From Candidatus Hadarchaeales archaeon (GTDB lineage: Archaea; Hadarchaeota; Hadarchaeia; Hadarchaeales; JAWBSP01), in NCBI GenBank assembly GCA_038842485.1, contig JAWBSP010000009.1, positions 1-45,030 on the forward strand: DNA of 45,030 bases. The letters run 5' to 3'. Both the position numbers and the translations under genes were made by a program. Positions 43,879-45,030 of the stretch are shown here, one piece after another. The notes beneath the pieces were generated by a model that did no database searches, was not told the DNA's origin, and saw only the letters and a list, made by a program, of their open reading frames with translations. Positions within the stretch are counted from its first letter, which is position 1; each line of letters starts with the position of its first letter.

Positions 43879-45030
43879 TTACCGCTTATCCCCGGAAGTG
43901 AAAGAGGAAGCCATGATCTGGAAGTGCTGCTCTAGAAGGGAATGGTACTCCTCCTCGTTCTCCGACAGGACACGTTTCAACTTTCCACCCAGCTTCCTCA
44001 GCACCGCTCCGTAGGTGACGTGAAAAACCTGTCTCCCCCTACCCTCTAGAGAGGCCTCATCAGCGCTCGCACTGACCAGACCCCGGTAAGACTCCCTTTC
44101 CCTCCCGTACGCCCTGATTGCTAGTTCCCTGATTTTCCCGAACAGCTCCGGATCGCGCCTCTCCACCACCCGGAGCGCCAGCAAGTAGCTCGTTCCCGAG
44201 GTCTTGATGTGGACCGGGAGACCCGCGAGGAGGGGGTAGATGGAATTCTTATCGCTGCCAGAGTGGATGCTGAGCTTGTACGGGCCCAAGTGCTGGGAGA
44301 TGAGATAGTGAACCCTTATCTCCTCTTTCAGCTGCTTGAGGTTACCCCGGTAATCCACGGCCTTCTCGAAGACCCCGCTGAACTTGGGCGCGAAGGAGGT
44401 TATCCTCACCCCTCTGAGCTTCAGCTCGCGGACGAAGAAGAAGTGCTCCTTGGGCGAGGTTGGCTGAGGAGTTTCATCGAGGGAGATCTCGAGGTCGAAC
44501 TCACCAACCATCTCCCGCAGGAGCATCCAGGCCTGCTGGACGAACCGCAGGGATCTCGCGAACTTGGTGGCCAGCTGCAGGGCCTCGTCCTTTCCGAACT
44601 CCAGCCTGAGGCCCGGGACGATTTCAAAGCTCGTGTAATCCTTCATCAGCTCGGCCGGTGGGGACCAGAGCGAAACCTTCTTCAGGTCGACCCTATCGGC
44701 TGAACAGAGGTAAGGGCTGGGGTCGAGGGTGAAACCCGTGTAGCCAGCCTTGGCAGCCTCCCTCACTTGGGAAAGCTTGGTGAGGTGGTCCGCATCCGAG
44801 CCGAAGCCCTCAGTGTACCCCTCCTGAAAGACACCCCAGATGGCATCCTCGAGCACCTCCCCGAAGCTCCTCCCAGTTTTCTCAAGCTCGCGGGCCGATT
44901 GCTGAGCCAACACGGGAAAGATTTTCAGCCTGCGCGCCGCCCTCACGTGTCCGGGAGTGGCGAGCCCAAGCCTGTCCCCAAAACCCACCGAGGGTCTCAG
45001 CCACGCGGGCTTGGGACGGAGGAAGGAAAA
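43879..45030 (-). CDS. uxaE: Tagaturonate/fructuronate epimerase (5' end outside window)
   Basis: GFGDRLGLATPGH, AQQS.RE, DADHL, FTLDPS, E.S.DET, APKF.G.FEK.VDY, KLSIHSGSDK, HIKTSGTSYL, HVTYG; frame open to 45030. Confidence 0.9.
   Translation of the reverse strand, partial: FSFLRPKPAWLRPSVGFGDRLGLATPGHVRAARRLKIFPVLAQQSARELEKTGRSFGEVLEDAIWGVFQEGYTEGFGSDADHLTKLSQVREAAKAGYTGFTLDPSPYLCSADRVDLKKVSLWSPPAELMKDYTSFEIVPGLRLEFGKDEALQLATKFARSLRFVQQAWMLLREMVGEFDLEISLDETPQPTSPKEHFFFVRELKLRGVRITSFAPKFSGVFEKAVDYRGNLKQLKEEIRVHYLISQHLGPYKLSIHSGSDKNSIYPLLAGLPVHIKTSGTSYLLALRVVERRDPELFGKIRELAIRAYGRERESYRGLVSASADEASLEGRGRQVFHVTYGAVLRKLGGKLKRVLSENEEEYHSLLEQHFQIMASSFTSGDKR

Overview
GC-rich archaeal chromosomal window, mostly housekeeping. 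Archaeal markers include TBP, aEF-1A/uS10, eS1, uS15, KEOPS Pcc1/Bud32, methanogen-type SerRS and the modified mevalonate pathway. A thermophilic euryarchaeal-type lineage such as Hadarchaeota is my inference, not proven. Left to right: a partial membrane/surface protein; a purine cluster (purM-S-L-Q-E-[AbrB + frameshifted VapC]-purF, converging on purN-purD); an intergenic array of five 14-bp palindromes (TGCGAACGTTCGCA) at 70-72 bp spacing; tuf-rps10-tRNA-Ser; tRNA-Val; a Zn-finger microprotein plus wHTH-AEP (LigD-polymerase-like) operon divergent from an endonuclease V lacking one catalytic Asp; a pilin-like gene; purU, TraB, archaeal RibD-type reductase and a PRC-barrel protein; TBP coupled to an AroA-fold protein that has lost most catalytic residues; a prepilin peptidase and two divergent wHTH genes around an AT-rich repeat region; a polyprenol-kinase-like gene, mptE and split MetE; mvk-UbiD-AcnX L/S; ychF, DUF2095, glmU, glmM, rps3ae, serS, pcc1, RecJ-like, rps15, rdgB, bud32; HAD and Fe-ADH; an ATPase-wHTH-nuclease; and Thermotoga-like iolM and uxaE. 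The strongest candidates for undescribed biology are the phased palindrome array (10.3-10.6 kb), the Zn-finger/wHTH-AEP/EndoV locus and the AroA pseudoenzyme coupled to TBP. All calls are from motif recognition by eye; no searches were run.
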